Shown here: piece by piece, positions 17,469 through 28,300 of the stretch
Layout of the letters: every line of letters starts with the position of its first letter
Numbering within the stretch: position 1 is the first letter of the stretch
Assembly (NCBI GenBank): GCA_965215015.1
Contig: OZ244042.1
Span: forward strand, 2,816,001 to 2,880,000
Source: Candidatus Poribacteria bacterium
Lineage (GTDB): Bacteria > Poribacteria > WGA-4E > PCPOR2b
Length of the DNA stretch: 64,000 nt
Direction of reading: 5' to 3'
Notes under the pieces: generated by a model
What the model saw: only the letters and a program-made list of their open reading frames with translations
What the model was told of the DNA's origin: nothing
Database searches by the model: none
Position numbers and translations under genes: made by a program

Positions 17469-18911
17469 TTAAATAATAAACATCACCATAAATTCATTGA
17501 CCGGCGTGGCTTCCAGTCTCCCCCCATCCAAGCAAAGCTCCATAATTGCCTTCGCCTGCTTCATAGGAAAACGGGTCGCTAGATTATTGGCAAACTTTTC
17601 CTCCAGTAACGGGATACCTTCCGCACGACGACGCCGATGGCCAATCGGATATTCTACCTCAACCTTGTCAGTAGTTGAGCCATCCTTGAAACGAATTTGG
17701 AGCGCATTGGCGATTGAGCGTTTGTTTGGATCGAGGTAATCTTTGCTATACTGCGAATCTTCTACGACGGTCATCTTTTCGCGCAAGGTATCAATGCGCG
17801 GATCCGCCGCAACCTCATCCTCATAGTGGTCGGCGGTGAGTGTTCCGTAAATCAGTCCAATCGCCGCCATATATTGGAGGCAGTGATCGCGATCCGCGGG
17901 ATTGTATAACGGCCCTGTTTTTGAAATGATACGAATCGCGGATTCATGCGTCGTGATTGTAATTTCATCAATTTCATCTAATCGATCTTTCACCCTCCCA
18001 TGCAGCTCGAAAGCACATTCCACGGCTGTCTGGGCGTGAAATTCCGCCGGGAACGCAATCTTGAACAGAATATTTTCCATCACGTAAGTGCCATAAGGCT
18101 GCCGCCGGACGAATGACTTTCCTTTGAACAGTACATCGCAAAATCCCCACCCATCAGCGGAGAGTACCGACGGATAGCCCATTTCTCCCTTCATTGCCAT
18201 CAACGCTAGCCATACTGCCCGACTTGTCGCATCACCCGCCGCCCACGATTTCCGTGAACCGGTGTTCGGTGCTTGCCGATAGACCCGTAGACTGCCCCCA
18301 TCAGCAAAAGCGTTGGAAACGGCATCAATAATCTCTGCCTCACCGCCCCCTAGCATCCTTGCTATAACCGCAGTTGATGCAATTTTCACAAAGTGTACGT
18401 GGTCCAGGCCAACGCGATTCAAGCTGTTTTCCAGCGCGAGGACACCCTGAATCTCATGCGCTTTGATCATCGCAGTGAGGAGGTCACGTACCAAAAGTGG
18501 TGAATTGCCAGCTGCCAGATTCTTGCGGCTCAAGTGGTCTGCGGTCGCAAGGAGGCCGCCCAGATTATCGGACGGATGGCCCCACTCTGCCGCGAGCCAT
18601 GTGTCGTTGTAGTCCAGCCAGCGAATCAGACAGCCGATATTGTAGGCTGCCTGCACTGGATCTAGTTCAAACTGTGTCCCCGGAACGCGAGCACCATGGG
18701 GGACCTGCGTCCCCGGAACCGTTGGTCCCAGATGTTTCGTACATTCGGGATAACGCAATGCCAGCAACGCGCAGCCGATCGAGTCCATCAAGCAGTAGCG
18801 CGCTGTCTCATAAGCGAGATCGCTGTCAATAACGCTTTGTGACACGTACGCGGCAATGTCAGCAAGGATTGGGTCAGGATCAGGGCGAGTGTTCGAGATG
18901 TGTGATACCAT
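17469..18911 (-). CDS. prpD: 2-methylcitrate dehydratase
   Basis: [65 protein letters not shown]. Confidence 0.95.
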   Translation of the reverse strand: MVSHISNTRPDPDPILADIAAYVSQSVIDSDLAYETARYCLMDSIGCALLALRYPECTKHLGPTVPGTQVPHGARVPGTQFELDPVQAAYNIGCLIRWLDYNDTWLAAEWGHPSDNLGGLLATADHLSRKNLAAGNSPLLVRDLLTAMIKAHEIQGVLALENSLNRVGLDHVHFVKIASTAVIARMLGGGEAEIIDAVSNAFADGGSLRVYRQAPNTGSRKSWAAGDATSRAVWLALMAMKGEMGYPSVLSADGWGFCDVLFKGKSFVRRQPYGTYVMENILFKIAFPAEFHAQTAVECAFELHGRVKDRLDEIDEITITTHESAIRIISKTGPLYNPADRDHCLQYMAAIGLIYGTLTADHYEDEVAADPRIDTLREKMTVVEDSQYSKDYLDPNKRSIANALQIRFKDGSTTDKVEVEYPIGHRRRRAEGIPLLEEKFANNLATRFPMKQAKAIMELCLDGGRLEATPVNEFMVMFII

Positions 18912-18960
18912 AAAAAACACCTTCTTTTTTATAGATTGGATTGGACATTTTTGTAGAATT

Positions 18961-20898
18961 TCAATACCATGTCCCCCCATTCAAATAGATCATATAGACC
19001 TGCTGATTTGTCAAAACACCGTAGACCATCCAGAGCCCACCTGTGATGAAATCCCCCAAAATCAAGCCGAAGAAGAACGGAATGGCGCGTTGATACCCCC
19101 TAACTTTGCCATACTTCAGGATAACCGCCTTGAATGCCCAACTGATAAAAAAGGTAAACCAGAAATAGTCGATTGAGGAACTGACAGCGAGCGGATAGCC
19201 GGCGGGGTGAAGGGGCCACCAAAAGAAACGCATTCGCAAGATGAACAGAATCAGAGTTAGCACCATCCCACCTCCCATAAACGCCATACGCAGCGAATCA
19301 ACGGGCATCGGATGATACATCCAGTTTTCCAATCGTCGGAATGCTGTATTAGCGACCCAAATCTTAAAGAATGATACCCGCGCAATTGCCCCGTCGCGGT
19401 ACATCATGTCTAGATTGGTCCACATCCCCACAATGAGTGCGACAACAGACCCAAGCATCATCGCCCAAACCAATCGACGGCTGTTGATGTGGGCGACCTC
19501 AGCCATCTTGAGGGGCTCAAACTGATTTGGATTGGCGTGCGAACGATAGCTCCGGTTAAACCACTGATAGAAGCTCATCACGGTTAAGTTACGTCCACCC
19601 CAAGCGAGTGTTCCAAAACAGGTTACCATTACGTCCATGGGATTATTGGATATCCTGTGGGGGGCACCAAATTCTGCCCGTAGACGGGTGATAACAATGG
19701 CAATAGCAAAATAGAGGGCGAAAAAGATTGGAATAGCGACGATTGACATGCCAGCTTGAGCGGAGAAAATAGCCATAAACAGAAATCCACCTGCCAATCC
19801 AATCAATGCGGTCCTATACCGCATCGGCTCATCCGCATCAGTCAATGAGGTTGCCGAAAATGCGGTACGAAACACAAAAGCCAAATGCTTCCGCGTTGCC
19901 CATATCGCAATAAAAAATAGACAGAACCAACCGCCGCCGGATTGTTCGTGAAAGTACGGGAAGCCGGGGAGATGTGTAAGTCCCAAATAAGTGACCAACA
20001 CACTAATTAGCCGCCGCAGCACATAGAAGAACCAACAGGTAAAGGAGAGATCGAGCGGCAGGAAAAATCCGAGTCCAATCATGAATGGATAGAAAGAGAG
20101 CCGTATGCCCGCCATCGCACTCCACGGCTTCTCGGCGAAATATTGACTGATAGAGGTCAACTTAAGGTGGAGATATGGAACGGATGGGAAAAGGACGTGT
20201 AAGCCGTTCATGAGATCCAAAGCGGCGGGGATAGCGAAACCGAGCCATAGAAAACCGTTCCGAAGGAAACGTGATGATTGCACCATCGCCACAGGCAATT
20301 GGATAATTGGAAACGCCAGTCGTTCGGTTTGTACCCACTGCCGACGCACGAGGGTGTTCATGCAGTGGAGCATAAATAGCAACACCAGGGTGAAGACTGT
20401 CCAGACCAATAGGGGTCTTATCCACGCGTTAAGATGCTTTGCTTTATAAAGCGTCGAATCTCCCTCGTAGTATTCGGCGAGTATATCATGGGGTGTATTA
20501 GCGGTGAACCAAGGGGGGATGTAATGAAAGAAAAGTTCCTGCCACTCATTTTCTGGCGAGGCGAATTGGTAGGGGTGAAGGAAGAACGCGAACAGATCTT
20601 GCAACATCCCATACGACGCAATTGAGGTCGAAATCACGAGCATGGAATAAATGGTAAGCAGTTCCCCAGCGGATAAACAAATCCGCTGCCACACCTTCGA
20701 TAGGCAGTTGTTGAAAACAACAAGGCAGAACAGAATAAAAATAGGGTAGATGAATATCGGCAAGGCGGTCGCCTCTGCACGGTACTTCATCTCTACAACT
20801 GTCACCCAATAGACGTTGACGGGGACTAATAACAGACCGATTTGTATTGCGCGCGCCGTTGCGCCGTTATATTTCCTGCGTTCGGGAGTCTCTTGCAA
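18961..20898 (-). CDS. Polytopic membrane protein, putative transporter (DUF6785/DUF6784-like)
   Basis: [49 protein letters not shown]; many TM helices. Confidence 0.7.
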   Translation of the reverse strand: MQETPERRKYNGATARAIQIGLLLVPVNVYWVTVVEMKYRAEATALPIFIYPIFILFCLVVFNNCLSKVWQRICLSAGELLTIYSMLVISTSIASYGMLQDLFAFFLHPYQFASPENEWQELFFHYIPPWFTANTPHDILAEYYEGDSTLYKAKHLNAWIRPLLVWTVFTLVLLFMLHCMNTLVRRQWVQTERLAFPIIQLPVAMVQSSRFLRNGFLWLGFAIPAALDLMNGLHVLFPSVPYLHLKLTSISQYFAEKPWSAMAGIRLSFYPFMIGLGFFLPLDLSFTCWFFYVLRRLISVLVTYLGLTHLPGFPYFHEQSGGGWFCLFFIAIWATRKHLAFVFRTAFSATSLTDADEPMRYRTALIGLAGGFLFMAIFSAQAGMSIVAIPIFFALYFAIAIVITRLRAEFGAPHRISNNPMDVMVTCFGTLAWGGRNLTVMSFYQWFNRSYRSHANPNQFEPLKMAEVAHINSRRLVWAMMLGSVVALIVGMWTNLDMMYRDGAIARVSFFKIWVANTAFRRLENWMYHPMPVDSLRMAFMGGGMVLTLILFILRMRFFWWPLHPAGYPLAVSSSIDYFWFTFFISWAFKAVILKYGKVRGYQRAIPFFFGLILGDFITGGLWMVYGVLTNQQVYMIYLNGGTWY

Positions 20899-21101
20899 TT
20901 AAGCACTCCATTATCCTCAAGCCAATTTGAGTTGGTGTTTCACTACTATACTTATGGTACTCCCCATTACTGAATGAGTGTAGCACCAAGCACATCTATT
21001 GTCAAGAGGGGTTGAAGGATTAAGCCAATCTATGGTACTATATCTTACACTTTGACCTGAAATTGACCTGAGAGATTGCGCTCAGAAAGTGAGGCAAAAA
21101 A

Positions 21102-22250
21102 ATGGCATCCGTCCAAAACAATCCCGGTTCTTATCTCACCGCAGCGCGTGAACTCGCAGCCCGTGTTGCCGCGGTCACCGATCATATCGATCGCGACCGG
21201 GAACTGCCTGAAGAACTTTTTACAGAGCTCGCGGACAAGGGGTTCTTCCGCCTCCTTGTACCTCGGTCCCTCGGCGGCGGGGAGATCGACTATCTGGAGC
21301 ATCTGTCCATCGTTCAGACCTTCGCTGAAGTCGACGCTAGCACCGCATGGTGTATCAACCAAAATAATGTCTTTGCAACCGTCTCTGCAAAGATGCCTGA
21401 GTCGTTAGCGCAAGAGATTTGGGGTGCTCCGCGAGCGGTAGTCGCAAATGGTCCCTCGACAAATGCCTCTGCCATTCCGGTTAGCGGTGGATACCGTCTC
21501 ACAGGGCGATGGAATTTTAGCAGTGGCTGCCGCCATGCCACTTGGATGGCAGCGGTTGCCCCCGTCACAAAGCCATCAAGAAACAAGGGGGAGGATCGGA
21601 TGCTGATCATGCCAAAAGAGCAGGTGACCCTCGTCGATGTGTGGCAGGTCAACGGGCTTCGGGGAACTGGAACTTTTAGCTTTGAGGTTAAGGAGACCTT
21701 CGTCCCCAGGGATCGGACGTTCAATCCGGCCGCTACTCCGCGTGAACAGGGAGCATTGTATGTGATGCCGATGTTGTTGCTGTTCGCTTCGGGATTTGCC
21801 TGTACTGCGCTCGGCGTAGCCCGTTCGGCGTTGGATGCTGCCATTGAGTTGGCGGGTGGTAAGCGTCCGCGCTTGGATCGAGATGTGTTGAGAGATAAAC
21901 CTATTGTCCAACGGGAAATCGGCAGAGCCGAGGCAATCTGGGGGGCGGCGCGTGCGTTTCTGCTTGAAACTGCAGCCACAGCGTGGGAGAGTGCCTGCAC
22001 GGTTCAGGTCCTGACGCTTGAGGAACGCATCCGACTACGATTGGCTTCAACGCACGCTATCCGCATGGCAGCGGCGGTGGTTGATATTGCTTATGAGGTG
22101 TGCGGTTCCGATGCCATTTTCGAGCACAAGCCAATTCAACGCCGGTTTCAGGACGCGCATGTTATCACGCAGCAGATACAGGGACGTATGGCGCATTATG
22201 ACACGGCAGGTCAGTTTTTCTTAGGTCTGGAGCCGGAGGGCATGTTCTAG
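21102..22250 (+). CDS. Acyl-CoA-dehydrogenase-fold flavin-dependent monooxygenase (HsaA-like)
   Basis: LVPRSLGGGE, GRWNFSSGC, WQVNGLRGTGT, IQRRFQDAH. Confidence 0.85.
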   Translation: MASVQNNPGSYLTAARELAARVAAVTDHIDRDRELPEELFTELADKGFFRLLVPRSLGGGEIDYLEHLSIVQTFAEVDASTAWCINQNNVFATVSAKMPESLAQEIWGAPRAVVANGPSTNASAIPVSGGYRLTGRWNFSSGCRHATWMAAVAPVTKPSRNKGEDRMLIMPKEQVTLVDVWQVNGLRGTGTFSFEVKETFVPRDRTFNPAATPREQGALYVMPMLLLFASGFACTALGVARSALDAAIELAGGKRPRLDRDVLRDKPIVQREIGRAEAIWGAARAFLLETAATAWESACTVQVLTLEERIRLRLASTHAIRMAAAVVDIAYEVCGSDAIFEHKPIQRRFQDAHVITQQIQGRMAHYDTAGQFFLGLEPEGMF

Positions 22251-22279
22251 CGGTTGCCTTTAGCGTTTTGCACTTTCTT

Positions 22280-23920
22280 TTAACACGGGCCGCTCACCTT
22301 TCCTCTCGCTTCTAAGACCTTTGAAACGACCATTTCGACGTCGGCTTCATCAACAAACGGGGATAGGATGAATGACTTTAATGCAACAATCGGTTCACCG
22401 TATTGAGTTCGCCGATAGCAATCTGTTAGAGAAATCATAACCCCTCTACCCTCCATCGCTTCTGAATGTACGTATTGCGAGATTTCTCGATTGTAGTCGT
22501 TGTGTGCAAGCAAACTATCGCGGTAGCTGGCATCCTCAAATTCATGTCTCTTGATTGAGAAGGTATCAACACCGATTGGATAAGCGCGGAAAAGTGTAAC
22601 CGTTCCGAAATTTTCTCGGTTCAGTAAGGTGGTGCCTTCGTGTCCTTCCAGATGTTCACGCAGGAGTTGTGTCATTTCAACGATGTGACCGAGGATGACT
22701 TGTAATCCCTGTTCTCCGAACAACCGAAAATTGGCGAGGGCAGCAAGGGGCCCTGTCCCGGCTCTCGAGGTTTCAAGCGTATACATCCCGGGACGATACT
22801 CTCCAAACTGATAGAGGTAGGGCATCTGCCCCGGGGGACGTTTTATCAGTTCCAAGTCCGCTTGATTTTTGACGAGAACGAGGCTGGAGATATAAGGCGT
22901 AAAGCCGGTTTTGTGAAAGTCAATGCCAACGGAATCTGCTAGGGATAAATGCTGGATGCGCCGGAATGCACCAGCCAAGGCACGGACGGTACGCGGGCGA
23001 AACCCAAGGGGGTTATTTTCAAAATCGTAGTCGTTGAACACAGACCAAGCCCACCCAATAGCTGCATCCGCGTGGATGTGTGGGCGATAGTCAAGTTGGA
23101 ATTCATCGACGAGTCTGTCTCGTAATGCCGCAATGCGCTCTAAATCGTCCAACCCAAACGCATCGGTGGTGCCTAACGTCGCAATGATGGTGGCAATTTT
23201 TTTTCCACACTCCAGTGTTGTCCGTGCTTCCTGCTCAAGTTGTACGAGATCTATTTCGTTTTCGGTTGTTGTTGGAATCATGATTAGATTGTTCGTTCCT
23301 ATTCCGAGCCAACCGACAATGTTAGCGGCACAGTAGTGTCCCGCGTCTGACACGAACACGACAGCATCTCCAGGCACACCGTTGTGTAGCGTCCCCGGAC
23401 AAGCCTTTTCAAGACCCAATTTCACCCCGTAGAGTGTCGTTGCGGTACCGCCAAAGGTAAACACACCACTCGCCTGTTCCGGATGGTATCCAATCAATTG
23501 TGATGCCATAGCGACTGCCTCGACCTCAGCCAACGCCACCAAGCGACTGTATTCATCCCAAGCCATATTTGGATTATACAGCGAAGCGAGGAGTACCCCA
23601 ATCAGACTTGGAATCGTGGGTGGAGGGACAACATTCTGTTGCGTCCGGGGATGCCCAAAGATGGTCATCCCTTGAAGATAACTCACCAGTTCAGCTGTGA
23701 CCTCCTCAACTGAAGCTATAGTATCCGGCAACGTCGCTTCTCTGGCTTTCTCGAAATCACCGATGACGATGGCACCGAGCATTGGTAGATGTGTTTTCAG
23801 GTCATCAACCTGATCCAAGGCGCGCATAATGGAATGCACAAAGTACGAGTCATGGATAGCATCGGATACAGGTTGGGGAAAGGCAAGTCGAATCTTTTCT
23901 AAGATGTCACGGTAAGCCAT
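22280..23920 (-). CDS. Group II PLP-dependent decarboxylase
   Basis: GVFTFGGT, ATLGTTDAFGLD, HIHADAAIG, ADSVGIDFHK (PLP lysine). Confidence 0.88.
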   Translation of the reverse strand: MAYRDILEKIRLAFPQPVSDAIHDSYFVHSIMRALDQVDDLKTHLPMLGAIVIGDFEKAREATLPDTIASVEEVTAELVSYLQGMTIFGHPRTQQNVVPPPTIPSLIGVLLASLYNPNMAWDEYSRLVALAEVEAVAMASQLIGYHPEQASGVFTFGGTATTLYGVKLGLEKACPGTLHNGVPGDAVVFVSDAGHYCAANIVGWLGIGTNNLIMIPTTTENEIDLVQLEQEARTTLECGKKIATIIATLGTTDAFGLDDLERIAALRDRLVDEFQLDYRPHIHADAAIGWAWSVFNDYDFENNPLGFRPRTVRALAGAFRRIQHLSLADSVGIDFHKTGFTPYISSLVLVKNQADLELIKRPPGQMPYLYQFGEYRPGMYTLETSRAGTGPLAALANFRLFGEQGLQVILGHIVEMTQLLREHLEGHEGTTLLNRENFGTVTLFRAYPIGVDTFSIKRHEFEDASYRDSLLAHNDYNREISQYVHSEAMEGRGVMISLTDCYRRTQYGEPIVALKSFILSPFVDEADVEMVVSKVLEARGKVSGPC

Positions 23921-23977
23921 GTTGTTTCTCCGATTCATGGTTGCTTGGCATCGGGAGGTTAATTAAAGTTACAAGTT

Positions 23978-25036
23978 TTACACGTGAAACACATACAAAT
24001 CCCGATTCTGCATCGGCAAGTCTACCCAGCGACCACCCTGCCGATGGCTCTCCGCCACGGCGATACACGCCGCTGTTATTGGGTGTGTCACCTCAATATT
24101 GCCCAGGGATGGGCGTCCCGACTCATACGCGTTTACCAAGTCCTCTAGGCAAGAGACCACTGTGCTGACCGACGTCTCTTCTGGAAATGATTCTCCTTCC
24201 CATTCTAGGGGCCAGCCATCAGTGTCATTCAGCCTCCGGTAAGTCACAGCTGCGCCATCCCACATCGATCGGATAGTCCCTTCCGTCCCGACTATCTCAT
24301 ACTCTCGTCCCCCATTCGGGATGGAGTACGCTTCGATTCCGTTGGCGAAAACAAGTTGAAAAATTGCCTGCGGGTCCTCCTCAAGGCGGTTGTCCTTAAC
24401 CTTTATATTTCTAGGCAGCAAATCCCCCCGGACCGCTGCGATCCCCGGGTCTCCCAGTAGGTAGGAAACGGTATCCATCCAGTGGATGTGCACGTGCATC
24501 AGGCTAGCAGCCCCATAGACCACAGCCGCTTGCGGTTCACCGATATCCCCTCGCGCAACCATCTGCCGTATCCGCTTGTACCGTTCACTGAACCGTCTTA
24601 ATACACCGGTATTGAACGCGGTGCCGTGTGTGCGGCAGGCTTCGAGCACTTCATCAGCCTTTTGCACAGAGCAAGAGATTGCCTTTTCGACAAAGAGCAT
24701 CGGCACACCAGCATTCGCCGCATAGATTGCCATATCTGCGTGTGCATCGTCCCGAAAGGCAGTTGATGGGGCGCGACTGCCCGGTTTGGGCAAACCGGTC
24801 GCTGTTGTACACACCGCTACTATATCGGGCTGTTCATTTTCGATCATCTCTTGATAATCTTCGTAAGCTGTTTCTATGCCCCATTTCTCTTGGAATGCTG
24901 TCCGCCGCTCTGGAATCGTCTCTGCCCCTGCCACTATTTGAAGCCGTTTACTCACATGGGAAGCCGACGCGATCGATTGGTCAAGTGTACTGCCCATACG
25001 CCCTAGTCCTACAATCGCCACCCGGTAGGTCTTCAT
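23978..25036 (-). CDS. Gfo/Idh/MocA-family oxidoreductase
   Basis: VAIVGLGRMG, VEKA, LRRF, HWMD; RBS GAAGGAG at 25041-25049. Confidence 0.85.
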   Translation of the reverse strand: MKTYRVAIVGLGRMGSTLDQSIASASHVSKRLQIVAGAETIPERRTAFQEKWGIETAYEDYQEMIENEQPDIVAVCTTATGLPKPGSRAPSTAFRDDAHADMAIYAANAGVPMLFVEKAISCSVQKADEVLEACRTHGTAFNTGVLRRFSERYKRIRQMVARGDIGEPQAAVVYGAASLMHVHIHWMDTVSYLLGDPGIAAVRGDLLPRNIKVKDNRLEEDPQAIFQLVFANGIEAYSIPNGGREYEIVGTEGTIRSMWDGAAVTYRRLNDTDGWPLEWEGESFPEETSVSTVVSCLEDLVNAYESGRPSLGNIEVTHPITAACIAVAESHRQGGRWVDLPMQNRDLYVFHV

Positions 25037-25054
25037 TGTATTCTCCTTCACATA

Positions 25055-25307
25055 TAAACTATGAAAATGTACAAAAGCTTTACGCGGTATATTTTTAATA
25101 TCTCGGATGTTATCACAAATGCAGGTAAGACGCTATGAAAAACTTCAGGGACGATATGGTAGTGGATTGTCACAGGTTTATCTAAAGGAGAAACCCCGTA
25201 GGTCAAGATTCATACAACGGGGTTTATCATTCGTACAAAAAAAAGCTGCTAAATGCCTCGGTGTGAGACATTTAGCAGCTATGTTAAGTGAATGTATAGC
25301 CCGGACG
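25055..25307. repeat. 3' flank of giant-protein cassette 2
   Basis: Homologous to 3511-3755; carries an extra 46-bp hairpin segment between ggtttatc direct repeats (25175, 25221). Confidence 0.9.
25237..25280 (-). terminator. Rho-independent terminator of giant gene 2
   Basis: Stem agctgctaaatgcctc / gagacatttagcagct plus A-run. Confidence 0.85.
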
Positions 25308-28300
25308 CTACTTCAGAATCAGCATCTTACGGGTTGCAGAGAAGTCTCCTGCACTCAGGCTGTAGAAGTAGATGCCACTGGCTACCTGTTCCCCGAAACG
25401 GTTTCGCCCGTCCCAGTAGATGGCTTTGGCTCTCGACTCATAGACCGCCGCGGTCTGATGCCCCATATCAAGGGTTCGCACCACCTGACCCGCGGTATCA
25501 TAAATCGTCAAGACGACATCCGCATCTGATGCCAACCGATACGGTATCCACGTCTCTGGGTTGAACGGATTCGGATAGTTTCGCAGCAGCTCCGTCTCTG
25601 ACGGAATCTCATAGGCGATGAGGTCTGCCAACTCAATACGAGTGGCTTTCACATCGTCAACCGTAACGATATGACGCACCGGCTGGACACCGATTAACGG
25701 ACTCGGTGAATCGGCTGAAATCTCCAGGACATCCCCAACCTGTGCCGCATGACCGATTTTCAGGTCAACAAAGGTCATGTTGTAGCCTGTTGCTGTCTCT
25801 GCGGAGGTCACCCGGTTGAGTGCGGCTTTGGTGGAGAGATTCTTCACCTTGACCCGGAATCCGTCCTGCGCCACTCCGGTGCTCTCATCAACGACTGAAC
25901 CGTTGACATCCAGGACGGGGGTTTGACCGGCAACCTGATGGCTAACCAACGCGATAGGTGCAGCCGCCGCAGTGTCGTTGCTCCAACCTGTTCCGATAAG
26001 TGCAGCGGTTGCATCGGTGGTCGCTGTGACCAGATAGGCAGCATCGCCCATGACCGGTCCATCATTTACATCGCCTGCTGCTGCAACGGACTTGTATCCA
26101 TCCGCCGTTGAAACAACGACACTGGCGACAACGCCGGTAGCAAAGAGCGCGGCAATGTCGCTGACATTGGTCAGTCTCGCATCGTTAACGGGTAGACCGA
26201 TGAGGTTAGAACCGGCGGTGAGATTAATGGTTGATGCGCCGTCGTCCCAGGCATAACCTGTGAAAGTCACCGTCGCTTCGGCACTCATAGAAACGAGGAT
26301 ACCCAGGTCTGCGGTAATCGGTACATCGTCGCTCCGGCTATTCCATAAATCGGTCGCCCTATCATAGACAATGAGCAGATTGGCGCCGCTGCCGAGCATC
26401 TCTCGGAGGTCGCCTACTGTGTTGAGCCCCTCAACAGCCAACGGGACGTGGAACAGGCTCGTACCCGCCGGTATCGTTGAGGTGTAGGACAGCATGTTGT
26501 CCAACGTAACCATCGCCGTGCCGCTGCCGCTGTTGCCGGCGGCGTCGATAGCGGTTACAGTGATGGTTTTGGACCCGTTAATGGCTGTGTTAGCTTCACT
26601 GACAACGACCGAGGCACTATACGAACCATCGGCACCCATCGTCAGAGCGACCCCATCGGTTTGGGTGGTGTCTAACGTAGAGACGTCCGCCGTCACGGAG
26701 ATAATGCTGCTCGCGTCGGAGACGGTCGCAGAGATTTCCACCGGCTCACCGTCGGCCACGGTCTCAGGAGACGCCATCGCCATCACGGTCGGCATGGTGC
26801 TGTCAAGTGTCAACGCATTGGACACCATCACACTTTGACCATTCAGACTGACAGAGACATCATACATACCATCGGCGTGCTGATCTGCCACGACGGTAAA
26901 CGAACCGCTGTAGGTGCCGCTCGCTACTTCTGTCATCGAGTGGTCGGTGACAATCGACCCGACGGAGAACATGACGGTTCGACCCGCCGTGCCCATGGCA
27001 CTGACGGTGACAGTCTCACCCGCCATCGCGAGTGCAGGTTCAATCGTGACGCTGCCTTCGGTAATGGCTATCACAGAGGTTGTGACCGTGACCGGCTGGC
27101 TCGCCATCGTCAGTCCCGGTGCTGTCGCGGTAATCGTTGCGATACCGGGGGTCGAATCCTGATAGTATACCATCGCTGAGACCTCGCCGCCTGCAACGGT
27201 TACGGTGATGCTTTCGGTTCCCGTCCCTTCAGCGAGCTCGGAGAACGTGCCTGCGGAGCTGGAGGTCAGGGTGACCGACACATCGGAGGCCATCGCCACC
27301 TCATGCCCATCGGCATCTCTCAACCCGACGGTGATACCTAACGGCATCGCCCCCTCGTCGGCTGAAACGGTGCCAGCACTGCTCAGTGTGAGTTGGCTCG
27401 GCGTCGAGTCTTGGACGCGCACCGAAACATTGGAGTCTACCCGTTGACCATCAAACAGCATGACGAATTCAGAGACCTCACGGTTGGCTGGGGCGTCGGC
27501 ATTTTGGTAGGTGAAGATAATTTCATCACCCGCTTCGACCTCAAGCCCACCTAATTTCACACGCGCCACCATGTCTCGACCGACCGGTGTCAGTTTCTCG
27601 ACACTCACCGTCGTCGCAACCCCCATCTGCCGGTGCACCACGGTGTAGGTTCCCTTATTTTCAGGGTCCATCGCCGCACTGCTCGGCGTAGTCCAACCGG
27701 GGGGCACCTGCACCCGGAATTCCCGTGGCGCGTTGACGAGGCCGACAGCAGTGTAGGTAAAGGTCAGGTTCACACCTGTCGCCCCGGCGTCTACAATCCT
27801 CGGGGCGACCTCACCGGAACCGGCACCCCGTCTCGCCTCGTCGACGTCGACGGTCAGCATGGTCTCATCGCCGGAGACATCGTCAAAATCATCGGCTGCA
27901 TCGCCCCCGTGGACTCCAACCGCAAAGGCGACACCGGTGCCCACGTTGGGCTGCACATCACCTGTATAGACAAAGGTCACCGTCCCGTTGGCACTCAAGT
28001 TGACCCCTTCGACGATAGCCATTTGACCACTAAAGGTGGGTGCGATTGCTGGTGTAATTTCCACCGTATCCGCCGTCGGTGCAGACCAACCGGCGGGTAC
28101 CTCGAGGCGGACCTTGCCACCTACCATTTGACCGGCTGCCGTGTAGGTCACGGTCAGCTCCCTGCCGGTATCACCGGTATGAAGCGACCCCTCCCCATCG
28201 GTCACGGCAATGACGGCTTTGCCTTTACCACTGGCTTGTGGGTTGACTGTGACGGTCGGCTGCGTTCGAATCGGTGCGAGATTACCGTCTTCACCGCCCC